Shown here piece after piece: positions 62,391 to 64,000 of a stretch of DNA of 64,000 bases. The position numbers were made by a program, and so were the translations under genes. The notes beneath the pieces were generated by a model that was given only the letters and a program-made list of their open reading frames with translations, had not been told where the DNA came from and made no database searches. This stretch comes from Anthoceros angustus. Taxonomy: Eukaryota; Plantae; Anthocerotophyta. Location of the stretch: NCBI GenBank assembly GCA_010909165.1, contig MU008178.1, forward strand, positions 1 through 64,000, written 5' to 3'. The stretch's first letter is position 1; each line of letters starts with the position of its first letter.

Positions 62391-63059
62391 GCGTCAGTGC
62401 TATGCTTATTTCCCCCTTTTTCGCCTCATTTTATCCTTCGCTTCTACAAAAAAACAAAACCCTGCCTATTTCCTAGCCCCCCAAGGGAAGTCCGTAGTCC
62501 ACAGTGCCGCTGAAGATAGTGATGACAATGTTGGAGAAGCTGGACCAAGTGATGACGAAGGATTGAACTCTAATGATGAGTGAAATTGAAATCACGGTTT
62601 GTCCCGGGGTCCCAGAGTGAATGTTGTATGTCTGGTTCCAGATGTTACTGTGTTTTGGAAATACCTGCATTGGCTTTTGTTGTCCTTACTAAACCATTTC
62701 CTCCCAAAAATTGAATTCTGATCGTTCCTTCCGATAGCAGCCTTGCAGATTCCTACTTTGCATTAATCCCATAGGTTCGAGTTTGCGACCACCATTCGAC
62801 ATAAACATTGCTGGATGGAAAGTAGGAACTTTAGTGGGTGACACCCTTTTTTTCGGAGACGTTTTCCGGAATGCCTTAAAAACTCTATTTTAGGGCCCAT
62901 AAAAAACCCCCTCAATAGATTATTTACGGAAAACCCCCTTCGAGATTATTCACCCCCTTCAAAAATTATGATGTTTATTCCTTTTGTTCGCTCTTTCTAT
63001 GGTTCCCCGTCTAAGCTATATTATGTGTACGGTGTAGAAATTTCCATGCTTGACTCATA

Positions 63060-64000
63060 GCAAGGGTGAAGGGATCCCTTGGAAGCTCTGTTGCTATAGC
63101 GCATTTAAGGGCCACATCAATAGCGCCTCCTCGATGTGGGAGTGCCTCTTTTCATCGGTGGCCGACGACACCCACATCCTTGGGCCGGTGGACCAAAGAT
63201 GCTTTCGACCTCTTCTCCTTGGAGCTCTTCTGCCTTGGCATGAAGGTCAAGACCTTGAAGTGCAAGGTTTGGTCCTCGTCCAGTATTACGCCCCCTCTTC
63301 ATTATCCCGGGGGGATATTGATTCTCTGCCTTCTTCTTCCGACAATCATGCTCGTAATGGCCAGGAATTTTGCACCAATTACAAGTGAAGGTCTTCCTGG
63401 GCCTGTCATAGATGGTCGTGGCTGAACTTGAGTGAAAGATCCACGCCCACGACCGCGTCCTCTAAAGCCTCCACGTCCACGTGATAAATCCTTGGAGTCC
63501 CGGTTGGGCCCCCGGGCTTTATACGGGAATTTGTGGATGCTGCTTTGAAAGAGGATCTTGTGCATATCGATGACCTCTCTAGGTTGGACGACCCGCACGT
63601 GGCCTTCGGCATCCTCTCTTCCTGCTTTGCGCACCACCCTGGGTACCTCATTCGCACTGTCCTCCCCCTCTCAAGTTTTTCTTTCTAAACTTGGAGATTT
63701 CGACAAGCAGGTTATGCAGTCTTTGGGAGACATTATCGGCCTAGGTTCCTTTGAATGTGCGGCCGGGGAACTGGCGCGACGACAAGCGTCCCTCCTTGTC
63801 GCATTTGGGGGCACAGGTCTTTTGGCCATGGAGGCCTCGGCACCAGCGGCTTTTCTAGGAAGCTAGGCCCTCTCGGCCCCAATTTTGGCCTCTCGCTTCC
63901 TTATTTGAGATACTAACATTTCGGAGAATTTCGTCACAGGAGTTGAGGAGGGGTGCTTCCCCCTCCAAGTGTCCCTAAGGTCGGCTAAGGACCTCTTACC
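63060..64000 (+). mobile_element. CRE-like RT fragment (copy 3), runs off the window end
   Basis: FSSVADDTHILGP (catalytic ADD), KVKTLKCKVWS, ILGVPVG, LDDPHVAFGILSSCFAHHPGYLIRT, colinear with 29280-29990. Confidence 0.8.

Noticed and set aside
62475-62583. Acidic terminal exon-like piece (...DSDDNVGEAGPSDDEGLNSNDE*)
   Set aside because: Too short and low-complexity to assign, and no upstream exons were found.
1-64000. rRNA, tRNA or prokaryotic operons and defence systems
   Set aside because: None recognised. The only tRNA-related sequence is the retroelement PBS.

Overview
Eukaryotic, repeat-rich plant genomic DNA with short GT-AG introns (about 60-130 bp). The gene and transposon style suggests a non-seed land plant; this is inference. 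Many scattered 1-bp indels look like long-read consensus error, so frameshifts are weak evidence of pseudogenisation. Host genes: tandem ALDH6B (methylmalonate-semialdehyde dehydrogenase) copies with an intronless catalytic region, intact BSD2, intact NAC-beta/BTF3, and fragments of ATG7, a germin-like protein, cytosolic APX and IMP4. Mobile DNA: a young full-length Copia (identical 183-bp LTRs, CACGG TSD, two extra ORFs) nested in a decayed Gypsy, three CRE-like (RLE-type) non-LTR retroelement copies, and a long-TIR Mutator element. Main finding: a spliced, multi-exon Crypton/DUF3504-type tyrosine recombinase gene (45905->38344, minus strand). It lies head-to-head with an intact spliced gene of unknown function (about 50078-51815). 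The pair sits in a ~14-kb unit bounded by similar GC-rich palindromic motifs, and a second copy of one end occurs at 211-835. The unit appears nested in the Mutator element and is itself interrupted by a CACTA-like insertion. All family assignments come from motif recognition by eye; no database searches were run.
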